This document shows positions 18,258-28,434 of a stretch of DNA of 64,000 bases, piece after piece. The stretch's first letter is position 1, and every line of letters begins with the position of its first letter. Below the pieces are notes generated by a model. The model ran no database searches. It had not been told where the DNA came from and saw only the letters and a list, made by a program, of their open reading frames with translations. This stretch comes from Thermoproteota archaeon (GTDB lineage Archaea > Korarchaeota > Korarchaeia > Korarchaeales > Korarchaeaceae), in the NCBI GenBank assembly GCA_027491915.1, contig JAOZGC010000001.1, positions 96,001 to 160,000 of the forward strand, written 5' to 3'. The translations under genes and the position numbers were made by a program.

Positions 18258-19463
18258 TTGTCGCTCGGCGACATAGTCAGGTACTCGCTGAAGGCCTTCC
18301 TCAGCAGGAAGAGGAGGACCGTCCTTACCCTGACCGGGGTCCTGGTCGGGGTCCTGACGCTCACGGCCGTGGTCTCCGTGGCCGAGGGATACGGCTCCGG
18401 GGTCAAGAGCGTGATAAAGACTTCCAGCACCAGGCTGATCCTCGTGCTGTCCAGGTCCGAGCCCTTCGACGACATGGACGTGGAGTCCCTCTCCTCCGTC
18501 CCCGGGGTAGAGAGGGTCATGCCGCTCGTGAGGATCCCGGTCGAGGTCAGGGCCTTCGGCGGGACCTACACCATACTGGCCACGGGGATGGATCTCGACT
18601 ACCTGGAGGACGTGTTCCCCGGCATAAAGTTGGAGGACGGAGACTATCCGGCGACCAGGGCCAGCAGGGAGGCCGTGGTCGGCTGCCTGGCCCTGGGGAA
18701 CTACACCGGCGATATGGTGGGGGGGTCCGTCAGGCTCTCCCTGGGGCCGGTCTCGGAGAGGGTGAGGGTATCCGGCGTTGTGGCCCCATACGGGACCTCC
18801 TTCCTGGGAGACGTCGACAAGGGGATGATCCTCCCCATAGACTACGCCCTCTCCCTCTACCAGAGGGCGACCGGGTCGAGGGAGTACGGGGGGCTCGTCG
18901 TCATAGCCGAGGGCGCGGATCAGGTCGACGGGATAATCTGGGAGATAAGGTCCCTCTACGGGGAATCCGCCACGTACTTCGCCATGAGGGACATCCAGGG
19001 CGCGCTGGACACCGCCGTCAGGATGGCCGTCCTCGTGATGGGCGCCATAGCCTCCATGACCCTGGTCGTGGCCTCCATAGGCATCATGAACGCCATGTAC
19101 ACGGCGGTCACCGAGAGAACCAGGATAATAGGGGTCATGAGGGCCATGGGGGCCACCAAGAGGGACGTGGCCCTCATGTTCGTCTTCGAGGGAGCCCTCA
19201 TGGGGGCCATTGGGGTCTTCCTCGGCATGACCCTGGGATACGCCGCGGCGCACGTGCTGGCGGCGCTGTTCTTCGGTGGATCCTCCGTCCCATCCGGCCA
19301 CGGCCCCATGGCCGGCCAGACCCTATCCGTCACGCCGATCCTGCCGCCGGTCGACGCCGCCGCGATAGTGGCCGTCACCCTAGGAATAGCCACCCTGGGG
19401 TCGGTGCCCCCCTCGATGCAGGCGGCCAGCCTGGAGCCCGTGGAGGCCCTCAGATACGAGTGA
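18258..19463 (+). CDS. ABC permease (MacB/FtsX-type)
   Basis: RTVLTLTGV, GIMNAMYTAVTERTRIIGVMRAMGA, PVEALRYE. Confidence 0.94.
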   Translation: MSLGDIVRYSLKAFLSRKRRTVLTLTGVLVGVLTLTAVVSVAEGYGSGVKSVIKTSSTRLILVLSRSEPFDDMDVESLSSVPGVERVMPLVRIPVEVRAFGGTYTILATGMDLDYLEDVFPGIKLEDGDYPATRASREAVVGCLALGNYTGDMVGGSVRLSLGPVSERVRVSGVVAPYGTSFLGDVDKGMILPIDYALSLYQRATGSREYGGLVVIAEGADQVDGIIWEIRSLYGESATYFAMRDIQGALDTAVRMAVLVMGAIASMTLVVASIGIMNAMYTAVTERTRIIGVMRAMGATKRDVALMFVFEGALMGAIGVFLGMTLGYAAAHVLAALFFGGSSVPSGHGPMAGQTLSVTPILPPVDAAAIVAVTLGIATLGSVPPSMQAASLEPVEALRYE

Positions 19464-19537
19464 CTCCCAGGGTTTGGTGGGACCGATTCGGCCGCCGGTG
19501 ATCGGGCGGCGGGGGATCAATCGTTGGAGTGCGGAGG

Positions 19538-19636
<99 letters not shown>

Positions 19637-19671
19637 CTTCCCCCCTCTCCCTGACAATCGCGTCCCCCTCT

Positions 19672-21411
19672 TTATGTTTGCGCGAGCGCCGCGGCCGCGA
19701 GCGTCAGGGTCGGCAGGATCGATCCGAGGGCCACCAGCGGAATTCCGTACCCGGACACCTCGGCCGCGTAGGAGAGGCCGTTCATGGCGTCAGATCCGGC
19801 GAGACACACGTCCACATCCACCAGGGAGCATCTGACCTCGGACGGCCTGGCCCGGCGGACCGCCTCCCTCACGGCCGCCGCGGCGGCGGCCGCTATCTCT
19901 CTCCAGAGTCCCTCCCCCTCAGAGCCGACCTGGTTCACGGGCCTGCCGGGGCTCAGGGTGGCGTGGGTGTCCGTGGTGCATATCACCGGCAGCGCCCCCC
20001 CGCCAGCGCGGGTCACCTCCCCGCGGACGATCTCCCCGAGCCCGGGAACCATATTGTTACCGTCGAAGCACACGTACGCCGTCCCCTCGCCCATCACCTC
20101 AATGTAGAACGCTCTGATCCCGCCGGCGCCCACGCTCGGGACCACTATCTCGGCCTTCCCGAATCCAACCTTCGGGCGGTCCGTCCTCTCCGACCGGGCC
20201 GCCTCGACGACGGCCCTCTCCAGGAGGTTCACCAGGAGATCCTCTTCCTTGGAGAAGGCGGAGATCATCAGAGCGTCCTCCGGGTCTGAGAGGCTGTCAT
20301 GCCTGTCGATCACCAGCGGGACGACGTCCAATCCCCTGGCCTCGATCCTCCTCCTCAATCTCTCTTCGACCGACTTTGGAACGTCCTCCAGGGACGCCGG
20401 GTGGCCGGAAACCGTCGCCAGCACCCACCGGGAGAAGGCCTGGGCGGTCACCGTGAAGGGCCCCTCCCTCATGACCACGGTCTTTCCGACGGAGACCCGG
20501 GATCCCCGGGCCGAGCGGGCCGCCTCCGCTACCCTCAGGACGTCCCTCCTCGTGCAGAGGTTCCTGGAGTGGGTCCCGACCCTCCTCAGGTAGATGCCAG
20601 CCAGGCCCGCCCCCTCCACCTCCCGCACGACTATGGCCGGCCCATCAGAGCTCCCGACCCCGTCGAGCGGCCCCGGATGGAAGTCGGGCGCGACCAGGAT
20701 CCCCTGATCTGAGCTAGCCACGAAGACGGAGCACCTGCCCCTAACCCCGGACCTCTCCAGGCACCTCTCGAGCCCGGTCGGGTCCCCGACCAGCAGCACT
20801 CCCGTCAGCGCCCTCAGGCTCTCGACCCCGCCGCACCCCAGGAGCCCCCCGGATACCTCCCCCACCACCATCCAGGTAAGGGCGCCCGCGATCGCCGCGG
20901 CCGCGTAGGAAGAGGCGGCGACCAGCCCCCAGCGGATCGAGGCCGCCGAGGGGACCGCCGGTACCAGGGCCGCCAGGGAGCAGGCGGCCGAGCGGGCCCT
21001 CCCGGCCCCCATGGCTGGCGCGGCCAGGATCCTCAGGTATATGGAGGGGTAGACCGAGATCGCGGCGGCGGCCTCCAGCCCAACCCCAGCCCAGCTGAGG
21101 ATGGAGAAGACGGCGGCCGAGGGGAGGGCCGTCAGGGCGCCCAGCCAGATGGAGCGCCTCGCGTCGAGCGGGCCGCTCCCCCTCCAGACCGAAGTGGAAC
21201 CGACAAAGATGTTCAATGCAAAAAGCATGACCTCGAGCGTCGGTTCCCTAAATCCTCCCCTGAGGTACCCCCCCAAACCAGAGATTATGGAGACGAGGAA
21301 TCCGGCCGCCAGGGCCCGGATCACGCTTCCCAACCTGAATATCTTCTCCGCTGAACGGATAACCCCACCGCTGCTCCTATTGAACTCCAACTCGCTATCC
21401 CCCACCATCAA
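19672..21411 (-). CDS. DUF2070-family membrane protein (start uncertain)
   Basis: Multi-TM N-terminus; HPGP, DRHD, DGNN, TTDTH motifs; C-terminal TM. Confidence 0.8.
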   Translation of the reverse strand: MMVGDSELEFNRSSGGVIRSAEKIFRLGSVIRALAAGFLVSIISGLGGYLRGGFREPTLEVMLFALNIFVGSTSVWRGSGPLDARRSIWLGALTALPSAAVFSILSWAGVGLEAAAAISVYPSIYLRILAAPAMGAGRARSAACSLAALVPAVPSAASIRWGLVAASSYAAAAIAGALTWMVVGEVSGGLLGCGGVESLRALTGVLLVGDPTGLERCLERSGVRGRCSVFVASSDQGILVAPDFHPGPLDGVGSSDGPAIVVREVEGAGLAGIYLRRVGTHSRNLCTRRDVLRVAEAARSARGSRVSVGKTVVMREGPFTVTAQAFSRWVLATVSGHPASLEDVPKSVEERLRRRIEARGLDVVPLVIDRHDSLSDPEDALMISAFSKEEDLLVNLLERAVVEAARSERTDRPKVGFGKAEIVVPSVGAGGIRAFYIEVMGEGTAYVCFDGNNMVPGLGEIVRGEVTRAGGGALPVICTTDTHATLSPGRPVNQVGSEGEGLWREIAAAAAAAVREAVRRARPSEVRCSLVDVDVCLAGSDAMNGLSYAAEVSGYGIPLVALGSILPTLTLAAAALAQT

Positions 21412-21500
21412 GAAACATTTTTATTCTACTTCCTGAGCGTGTTTATGCTGCCCAACGTATGTAGGGTGTGAGATGGATAGCGTGAGGGGTGATGTGAAGT

Positions 21501-21989
21501 ATGCCCAGACAGAAGGGTCTGACCGTGAAGGAGTTAAATATCCTCAGGAAGCTGGTCGACAACGGCCGCATCACCTACACCCAGATAGCCCGGGAGCTGG
21601 GCATGAGCCCCGCCGGCGTCATGAAAAAGGTTAAGCGGCTGGAGGAGCTCGGCCTCATCAAGGGGTACACGGCCATTGTCGACCACGGGATGCTCGGCAA
21701 GGGGTACAAGTACATAATCCTGGTCAAGACAGAGCCCGGCAAGCACACCGAGGTGGCCAAGAAGATAGCCGAGGTGGCCGCCGACAACGTTCTCGAGGTC
21801 CACGAGATAACCGGCCCCTTCGACATAGTGGTCAAGGCCCTGGCCGGGGATCAGGCGGAGCTCAACGACCTGCTCAAGAAGATAATGTCCATACCGGGAA
21901 TAAGGGAGACCAACACCTCCCTGGTGCTGGACACCGTCAAGGAGAGACCCTCCATAGTCCCGGAGAAGGTCCCCGGGGTAACGAAGTGA
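21501..21989 (+). CDS. Lrp/AsnC transcriptional regulator
   Basis: N-terminal HTH (YTQIARELGMS...LEELGLIKGY), RAM domain ITGPFD. Confidence 0.95.
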   Translation: MPRQKGLTVKELNILRKLVDNGRITYTQIARELGMSPAGVMKKVKRLEELGLIKGYTAIVDHGMLGKGYKYIILVKTEPGKHTEVAKKIAEVAADNVLEVHEITGPFDIVVKALAGDQAELNDLLKKIMSIPGIRETNTSLVLDTVKERPSIVPEKVPGVTK

Positions 21990-22005
21990 GTCCCGGAACC
22001 TCCCG

Positions 22006-22971
22006 CTAGATCGGAGAGAACCACCTGCTGGGGAGTGGCCTCGAGCCTATCCCCAGCACCTTCTCTATGCTCTCCGCCAGCTCCCTGGTCCTGCCGGCCA
22101 CTGTGAGGGCCACCTCCGGGTCGGCCCTCTCGACCACCTCCAAGAGGCCCCAGTAGTCCGCGTGGGAGCTCAGGGGGAATGCCGCGGCCGACCTGGGCCG
22201 CCGGACCACGACCCACCCGGTCGCCACGGCCCTCTCCACCCGACTCCCGGGCCTCCACCCCGGGAACCTGTTCGACACCACCACGTGTCGTCCGCCACCC
22301 GGTCCCTCCGTGTAGTCCAGGTCGACGAAGCCGTCCAGGGCCCGGGTCACGGCCAGGGCCTCCCCGGACACCACCACCTCCATGTTGGAGAGCGAATTGA
22401 AGGTCTTTATCAGCTCCTGGGCCTTCCCCAGCGAGTACCCCCTTATGACCGGGACGGCGCCGGATCTCGCCACCGAGGCCGCCCACTCCACCACCTCCAG
22501 CCTTACCTCGTCCTGGTCGGGCAGGGCCAGGGAGGGGGATCCGTACGTCGACTCCACTATCACCACGTCCGACCTGGGGATGGAGTCCGGCGGCTCGACC
22601 GAGAGGCCCCCCCTCGGGTTCACGTCCCCGGTGTAGAGGATCCTCGCCTCTCCCTCTATCAGGAACATCGCCGACCCCGGAACGTGGCCGGCCGGCAGCG
22701 GGGTGACCCTCAGGTCCCCGAACCTCAGGGTCTCCCCGAAGCCCACCTCCGAGGGGACGCCCGGGGGCGTCCTGTACCTCACCCTCATTACGGCCGCGGT
22801 GGCCGGCGTCGCGTACACCGGCCCGATCGGCCTTCCCACGTCCCGCGGAACGTGGTCCGAGTGGGCGTGGGTTACGAGGGAGGGGACCCCCGCCTCGGTC
22901 CTCGCCGGGTCCAGCAGGATCCTGTCCTCCCCCTGAACCACCTCTATCCCGTTGCCGAGCCTTACCCTCAG
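22006..22971 (-). CDS. MBL-fold/beta-CASP-type nuclease
   Basis: THAHSDH, AGHVPGS, YTGD, VESTYG, SSHAD. ATG 23001 lies within the TATA element, so CTG 22971 is the probable start. Confidence 0.85.
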   Translation of the reverse strand: MRVRLGNGIEVVQGEDRILLDPARTEAGVPSLVTHAHSDHVPRDVGRPIGPVYATPATAAVMRVRYRTPPGVPSEVGFGETLRFGDLRVTPLPAGHVPGSAMFLIEGEARILYTGDVNPRGGLSVEPPDSIPRSDVVIVESTYGSPSLALPDQDEVRLEVVEWAASVARSGAVPVIRGYSLGKAQELIKTFNSLSNMEVVVSGEALAVTRALDGFVDLDYTEGPGGGRHVVVSNRFPGWRPGSRVERAVATGWVVVRRPRSAAAFPLSSHADYWGLLEVVERADPEVALTVAGRTRELAESIEKVLGIGSRPLPSRWFSPI

Positions 22972-23000
22972 GTCCGCCCCCCCGGCCCCCTCCAGAATCA

Positions 23001-23008
23001 TTAATTAA
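23001..23008. promoter_or_regulatory. Palindromic TTAATTAA shared TATA element between divergent genes
   Basis: Only AT island between the MBL nuclease and Sec61beta; about 30-34 nt from each start. Confidence 0.6.
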
Positions 23009-23041
23009 GTGATTCTCGCGCTGCCCCCGGGTGACCCGATC

Positions 23042-23206
23042 ATGCCCAGGAGGAAGAAGGGGCAGAACTACATGCCCATGTCGACGGCCGGGCTCCTCTC
23101 CTTCTCTCAGGAGTACAGCGGCGGTCTCAGGGTCCCTAAGTGGTTTCCGGTCGTCTTCAGCGCCGCGTGCGTCGCGGCCATAATCGCGCTGAACATCCTG
23201 TGGTGA
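23042..23206 (+). CDS. secG: Preprotein translocase subunit Sec61beta
   Basis: MSTAGLLSF motif followed by a single C-terminal TM; 54 aa. Confidence 0.88.
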   Translation: MPRRKKGQNYMPMSTAGLLSFSQEYSGGLRVPKWFPVVFSAACVAAIIALNILW

Positions 23207-23213
23207 TAGGGGA

Positions 23214-23540
23214 TTGGACCTGTCGGAAGCTCAGCGGCTCATGCGCGAGATCTACGGGAGGAGGGACCGCGAGAGGGGGGCCGCCCTCACCGCCCTCCAC
23301 CTGGTCGAGGAGGTCGGCGAGCTCTTCGAGGCGGTCAGGACCGGCGGCGCGGTCGAGGTGGAGGAGGAGCTGGCCGACGTCTTGGCCTGGCTCCTCAGCC
23401 TGTCGGACCTCCTGGGGGTAGACATGGATTCGGCCTTCGAGGACAGGTACGGATCGGGGTGCCCCAAGTGCGGGCGCTCCCCCTGCGCCTGCCCCCCTCT
23501 CCCGACCGGGAGGTGGTCTCCCTGGACGTCGGTTTCCTGA
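23214..23540 (+). CDS. MazG-like nucleotide pyrophosphohydrolase with C-terminal Cys cluster
   Basis: EEVGEL, EELADV, CPKCGRSPCAC. Confidence 0.9.
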   Translation: MDLSEAQRLMREIYGRRDRERGAALTALHLVEEVGELFEAVRTGGAVEVEEELADVLAWLLSLSDLLGVDMDSAFEDRYGSGCPKCGRSPCACPPLPTGRWSPWTSVS

Positions 23541-24097
23541 CGGTCCGCCCCGAGGACCTGGTCCCCCTCTCCATGGAGCTGGCCTCCAAGGTGAGGGACT
23601 CGGGCTTCAGGCCAGACGCTATGGTGGCCATACACAGGGGGGGAATGATAGTGGCGAGGTTCCTGAGCGACTACCTGGACGTCAGGGACATAAGGGCCAT
23701 CAGGGTGGAGCACTACTCCGGGGTAGGTAGGAGGGGGGGAGTCAGGATAGCGGAGCCCCTGCCGACCAGCCTAGGCGGGAAGTCCGTCCTCCTGGTGGAC
23801 GACGTGGCCGACACGGGCGACTCCCTGGAAGTGGCCAGGGAGCACATAATCTCCAGGGGGGCCAGGGAGGTCAGGATAGCCACCATGCACTACAAGCCGT
23901 GGTCCAGGGTGGTGCCCGACTACTACGTGGTCGAGACCACCGACTGGGTCGTCTACTGCTGGGAGTACGCTGAGACCGCCAGGTCCCTCATGGAGATACT
24001 CACGGCGGAGGGCAAGAGCAGGGAGGAGGCCATAGGGATCATAACAAACGACGCCGGAGTCCCGGAAGAGGTCCTGAGGTGGGTGGGGATCCTTTGA
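23513..24097 (+). CDS. Purine phosphoribosyltransferase (HGXPRT-like)
   Basis: IHRGG, VLLVDDVADTGDS, PDYY, WVVYxWE; start GTG 23513 or CTG 23522. Confidence 0.9.
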   Translation: MVSLDVGFLTVRPEDLVPLSMELASKVRDSGFRPDAMVAIHRGGMIVARFLSDYLDVRDIRAIRVEHYSGVGRRGGVRIAEPLPTSLGGKSVLLVDDVADTGDSLEVAREHIISRGAREVRIATMHYKPWSRVVPDYYVVETTDWVVYCWEYAETARSLMEILTAEGKSREEAIGIITNDAGVPEEVLRWVGIL

Positions 24098-25614
24098 CGG
24101 GACCCGGGGCCTCCGCGTTCAACGAGGTCGTGGCCCTGGCCGCCAGGAGGGGTTTCTTCTGGCCCTCCTCCAGGGACCTGTACTCGGACGCTCCGGCCGG
24201 CTTCTGGGTCTACGGCCCCCTGGGCCTCAGGGTGAAGAACAAGATAATCGACATGTGGAGGAGGAGGATACTGGCCAGGGAGGGGGCCCAGGAGATAGAG
24301 ACCCCGAGCGTACTCCCGCTGAAGGTATTCGAGGCATCCGGCCACCTGGAACACTTCTTCGACAGGCTGGTCGAGTGCGGGAGGTGCCACTCGAGGCTCA
24401 GGGCGGACAAGCTCTTGGAGGAGGCCACGGGATCCCAGATCTCCCTCGAAGGACTGTCCGACGAGGAGCTGCACGACCTGCTGGTGGGGCGCGGCGTCAG
24501 GTGCCCCGTGTGCGGGGCGTCCGAGTGGACGGGGATAAGGAGGTTCAACCTCATGTTCACGCTGGCCGTCGGGGCGGAGGCGGAGTCGCCCAACGCGGCC
24601 CTCAGGCCGGAGACCACCCAGGGCAGCGTGGTCGAGTTCAAGAGGACCTTCACGGTGTCCAGGGGGAAGCTCCCCTTCGTGATGGCCCAGGTCGGCCGGG
24701 TCTACAGGAACGAGATCTCCCCCAGGAGGGCCCTCCTGAGGATGAGGGAGTTCCAGCAGCTCGAGGTCCACGTCTTCTTCGACCCGGAGGACACCTCCGC
24801 CTACGAGTCCAAGCTGGCCGAGTTCTCCGGGTACAGGCTCAGGTTCCTCAGGGGGGAGGACAGGGAGACCGGGGAGATAACGGAGATGACCGTGGAGGAG
24901 GCCCTCTCGTCCGGGTACACCGTCAACCCGCTGATAACCTACTGGCTGGCCCTCTATCAGAGGTTCTTCGAGGAACTGGGATTCCCGAGGGACAGGCTGA
25001 GGTACAGGGAGCTCCTGGAGGGGGAGAAGGCTCACTACGCCCTGGTCCACTGGGACCTGGAGGTCTACACCGAGGACCTCGGGTGGGTCGAGCTGGTCAA
25101 CAACGCCTACAGGACGGACTACGACCTCTCCGGGCACTCCAGGGTCAGCGGAGTAGACCTGAGCGTGGACACCCCGAGGGGGAAGGTGCTGCCCCACCTG
25201 TACGAGCCCTCCATAGGAATAGACAGGGTGATCCTGCACCTCCTCCTCCTGTCCTACAGGAGGGACGAGCGGAGGGTGTGGCTCGCCCTCCCCAGGGAGC
25301 TGGCCCCCTACGACGTCGCGGTCTTCCCCCTAGTCAAGAAGGACGGGCTGCCTGAGAGGGCCGTCGAGGTGGCCCGCCGACTCTCCCGGGAGTTCGCCGT
25401 GTTCTACGACGACAAGGGATCGATAGGGAAGAGGTACAGGAGGATGGACGAGGTGGGGACCCCGGCCTGCGTCACCGTTGACCACCGGACCCTGGAAGAT
25501 TCGACCGTGACCATCAGGGACAGGGACACCATGGAGCAGGTCAGGGTCCCGGAGGAGCGCCTCGCGGACTCCCTACGCAGGTTCCTGTCCGGGGCAGATC
25601 TGCGAGAGGCGTGA
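24079..25614 (+). CDS. glyS: Glycine--tRNA ligase (alpha2 type)
   Basis: RRGF, LRPETTQG, YRNEISPR, RMREFQQ, EPSIGIDR, SIGKRYRRMDEVG. Confidence 0.97.
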   Translation: MGGDPLTGPGASAFNEVVALAARRGFFWPSSRDLYSDAPAGFWVYGPLGLRVKNKIIDMWRRRILAREGAQEIETPSVLPLKVFEASGHLEHFFDRLVECGRCHSRLRADKLLEEATGSQISLEGLSDEELHDLLVGRGVRCPVCGASEWTGIRRFNLMFTLAVGAEAESPNAALRPETTQGSVVEFKRTFTVSRGKLPFVMAQVGRVYRNEISPRRALLRMREFQQLEVHVFFDPEDTSAYESKLAEFSGYRLRFLRGEDRETGEITEMTVEEALSSGYTVNPLITYWLALYQRFFEELGFPRDRLRYRELLEGEKAHYALVHWDLEVYTEDLGWVELVNNAYRTDYDLSGHSRVSGVDLSVDTPRGKVLPHLYEPSIGIDRVILHLLLLSYRRDERRVWLALPRELAPYDVAVFPLVKKDGLPERAVEVARRLSREFAVFYDDKGSIGKRYRRMDEVGTPACVTVDHRTLEDSTVTIRDRDTMEQVRVPEERLADSLRRFLSGADLREA

Positions 25615-26564
25615 GGATGGGACCGGCCGGCAGCGGGAGGAGGGTGGCCGTAGTCCACGGGGACGTCGACGGCATGGTCTGCGCGGCCATCGTCAAGAGG
25701 TGCCTGGGCGGGAACCTGGAGGTGATCTTCTCGGGACCCAGGAGAATAGCCCACACCCTGAGGGAGATCGACGGGCCCGGGGGGGAGCTCATAGTGGCCG
25801 ACATAGGGATAAACGAGGGGACCTGCCCCGGCGTCATCCTGGAGCTCTCCCGCCTCAGGGGGTCCGGGTGGATCCTGGTCTGGGTTGACCACCACATCCC
25901 CCCCGGAGGCTGCTCCGAGCACCTCGGGTCGGTGGCCGACCTGGTGGTGATAAGGAGGGCCCCCAGCGCCGCCTCCCTGCTCCCGGACGTCTTGGGCTGC
26001 GCGGGGGAGGTGGACGACCTGGTCCGCCTGGCCGAAGACGCCGACACCGCCGCCTACTCCCTTCGGGAGGCCAGGCTCCTGAGGGCCGTCTCCGGGATGG
26101 GCCGCCTGAGGTTCAGGGCCGTCGACCAGCTGGCTGAGGCTGGCGGCATCTTCGGGGACCTGCTCGACAGGGCCGAGAGGGGGCTCGCCCGAGAGGAGGC
26201 CCTGATCAGGAAGTGGGCCGCCAGGGCTTCCTTCAGGGTCACCTCGGCCGGTAGGAGGTACGCCCTGGTACTCCTCCCGCGGGGGGGGCCCGGGTCGCTC
26301 ATAGCGCTGGAGCTGAGGTCCACCGGCGTGGCCTTCACCCTGGTGGTGAGGGGAAGCGGCAGCTTCTCCCTCTACTCCGGCGGGGACCGGGAGGTCGACC
26401 TGAGGAAGGTCTGCCGCGAGAGGGGCGGCGGGGGACACCCGTACGCGTGCGGCGGTCCACTCCGGCTGGGACTGATCAAGAGGATCCTGTTCCGCCTCCT
26501 GGGCCCGTGGTACGTCCCGTCGGAGGTCTGGGACCTGGTAGAAGAGGTTGAGGAGGCTTACTGA
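25611..26564 (+). CDS. DHH/DHHA1 phosphoesterase
   Basis: HGDVDG, VADI, DHH, GGGHPYACG. Confidence 0.9.
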   Translation: MRMGPAGSGRRVAVVHGDVDGMVCAAIVKRCLGGNLEVIFSGPRRIAHTLREIDGPGGELIVADIGINEGTCPGVILELSRLRGSGWILVWVDHHIPPGGCSEHLGSVADLVVIRRAPSAASLLPDVLGCAGEVDDLVRLAEDADTAAYSLREARLLRAVSGMGRLRFRAVDQLAEAGGIFGDLLDRAERGLAREEALIRKWAARASFRVTSAGRRYALVLLPRGGPGSLIALELRSTGVAFTLVVRGSGSFSLYSGGDREVDLRKVCRERGGGGHPYACGGPLRLGLIKRILFRLLGPWYVPSEVWDLVEEVEEAY

Positions 26565-26595
26565 CATTTTTTAGACAGCAGGACGGCTGCGCCGG

Positions 26596-27732
26596 GTGCG
26601 AGACTTGCACGAGCGGCTCTCCATAAGGGACGTCATGGCCAGGTGTCGGGTCCTGGCCTCGTCCGGTCGTCGGGTCGTCAACGCCCATATAGGGGCGCCC
26701 TCCCACGACCCCCCCGTCGATCCCGCCGACCTGCTCTCCCGCATGGAGGACCTGGCGGCGGAGTACGGGCTGGAGGGCGTCGGCCGCAGGTACACAGACT
26801 TCAGGGGGGTGGAGAGGGTCAGGGAGGCCGCGGCGGACTACGCCCGGAGGTTCTTCGGCAGGTCCGGCGACCCGGATAGGGTGGTGATGACCGCCAGCGG
26901 GGCGCACGCCCTGTTCGTCGTCTTCTCGACCCTCATGGGATCGGAGATACTGGTTCCGAGGCCCGGATTCGCCCTCTACTACCCCCAGATGGAGAGGGCG
27001 GGCGTGGTCCCCAGGTTCTACGATCCGACGGCCGGGGACCTGAGGTCCGAGATACTGGGGGCCCTGGGTCGGTCGACGGGGGCGGTCCTCATCAACTACC
27101 CCCACAACCCGACCGGCCACCAGCCCCCGGCCGGGGAGCTGTCCTCCCTCTGGGAGGACCTGAGGGACAGGGGGGTGATCCTCATCAACGACTTCGTCTA
27201 CCACGAGATATACTACGGGGAGAGACCCCCAGCGGTCGGAGACGTGATACTCGAGTCCTCCTCGAAGAGCCTCGGCCTGCCCGGCATAAGGATCGGGTTC
27301 ATCTACCTCGAGGATCCTAATCTGGCCGTCAGGGTCGGGAGGGCTGTCTACCACACGACGGCCGGAACGGCGGACGTGACCCAGGTGCTGGCGGCGGAGG
27401 AGATGAGGGCGGCCTCCCACGAGTACTTCTCGGCCGTGAGGGCACACTACAGGCCCAAACGAGACGCCCTGGTGTCCGGGCTGAGGGAGCTCGGCTTCGA
27501 GTTCCCGGAACCCCGGGGTGCCTTCTACATATTCGCCAGGCACCCCGCCGTGTCGGACGCCTACGGGCTGGCCGAGAGGCTGCTGGACGAGTCGAGGGAG
27601 GTCTGCGTCGGGGTGGTCCCCGGACCCGAGTTCGGCGGGAGATCTGAGTGGATTAGGCTCAGCTTCGGCTCCCTCACGGATGGGGACGTCGACGCGATGG
27701 TCCGGGAGCTGAGGTCGGAGGTGATCGGGTGA
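26596..27732 (+). CDS. Class I/II PLP-dependent aminotransferase
   Basis: NYPHNPTG, DFVY, SSSKSLGLPGIRIG, GAFY. Confidence 0.92.
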   Translation: MRDLHERLSIRDVMARCRVLASSGRRVVNAHIGAPSHDPPVDPADLLSRMEDLAAEYGLEGVGRRYTDFRGVERVREAAADYARRFFGRSGDPDRVVMTASGAHALFVVFSTLMGSEILVPRPGFALYYPQMERAGVVPRFYDPTAGDLRSEILGALGRSTGAVLINYPHNPTGHQPPAGELSSLWEDLRDRGVILINDFVYHEIYYGERPPAVGDVILESSSKSLGLPGIRIGFIYLEDPNLAVRVGRAVYHTTAGTADVTQVLAAEEMRAASHEYFSAVRAHYRPKRDALVSGLRELGFEFPEPRGAFYIFARHPAVSDAYGLAERLLDESREVCVGVVPGPEFGGRSEWIRLSFGSLTDGDVDAMVRELRSEVIG

Positions 27733-28430
27733 TGGGCGAGATGTCCGGCAGGGTGGGCGTGGTGACCGGCGCCGGGCGCGGCATAGGGAGGGCTATAGCC
27801 GTGAAGCTCTCCTCCATGGGCGCCTCGACGGTCCTCGTCTCCAGAACGGAATCCGAGCTCGAGGAGACGGCGGCCCTGTGCGAGGAGGTTGGGGGGAGGC
27901 CTCAGATACTACCGGGGGATGTGAGAGACCCGTCAACGGCCAAGGAGGCCGTCTCGATGGCCTTGGACTCTGGGGGGATAGACTTCCTGGTGAACAACGC
28001 GGGCGTGGCCCACGTCGGCAGGGTTTGGGAGATCGACCCGGGGCTGGCCGAGGAGATGGTCGAGGTCAACCTGATGGGCGCCTTCTACATGATGAGGGAG
28101 GCGATCCCCCACATGCTGGAGAGGGGCCGGGGGGACGTGGTCAACGTGATATCCCAGCTGGGCAAGTGGACGGCCCCCGGGTGGGGCATGTACTCGGCCT
28201 CCAAGCACGCCCTCGCCGCCCTGACCGCCACCCTGAGGGAGGAGCTGGCCGGGACCGGGGTCAGGGTCGTGGGGGTGTACCCGGGGGCCGTGGACACCCC
28301 CCTGCTCAGGAGGCTGGGCAGGACCAGGCCCGGCATCCTCTCCCCGGACGACGTCGCCGACGCGGTCGCCTTCGTCCTCAGCAGGAGGGCCGGGGTTATG
28401 ATATACGACGTCACCATACTTCCCGGGTGA
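27729..28430 (+). CDS. Short-chain dehydrogenase/reductase
   Basis: TGAGRGIG, NNAG, YSASK. Confidence 0.94.
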   Translation: MMGEMSGRVGVVTGAGRGIGRAIAVKLSSMGASTVLVSRTESELEETAALCEEVGGRPQILPGDVRDPSTAKEAVSMALDSGGIDFLVNNAGVAHVGRVWEIDPGLAEEMVEVNLMGAFYMMREAIPHMLERGRGDVVNVISQLGKWTAPGWGMYSASKHALAALTATLREELAGTGVRVVGVYPGAVDTPLLRRLGRTRPGILSPDDVADAVAFVLSRRAGVMIYDVTILPG

Positions 28431-28434
28431 GCGG

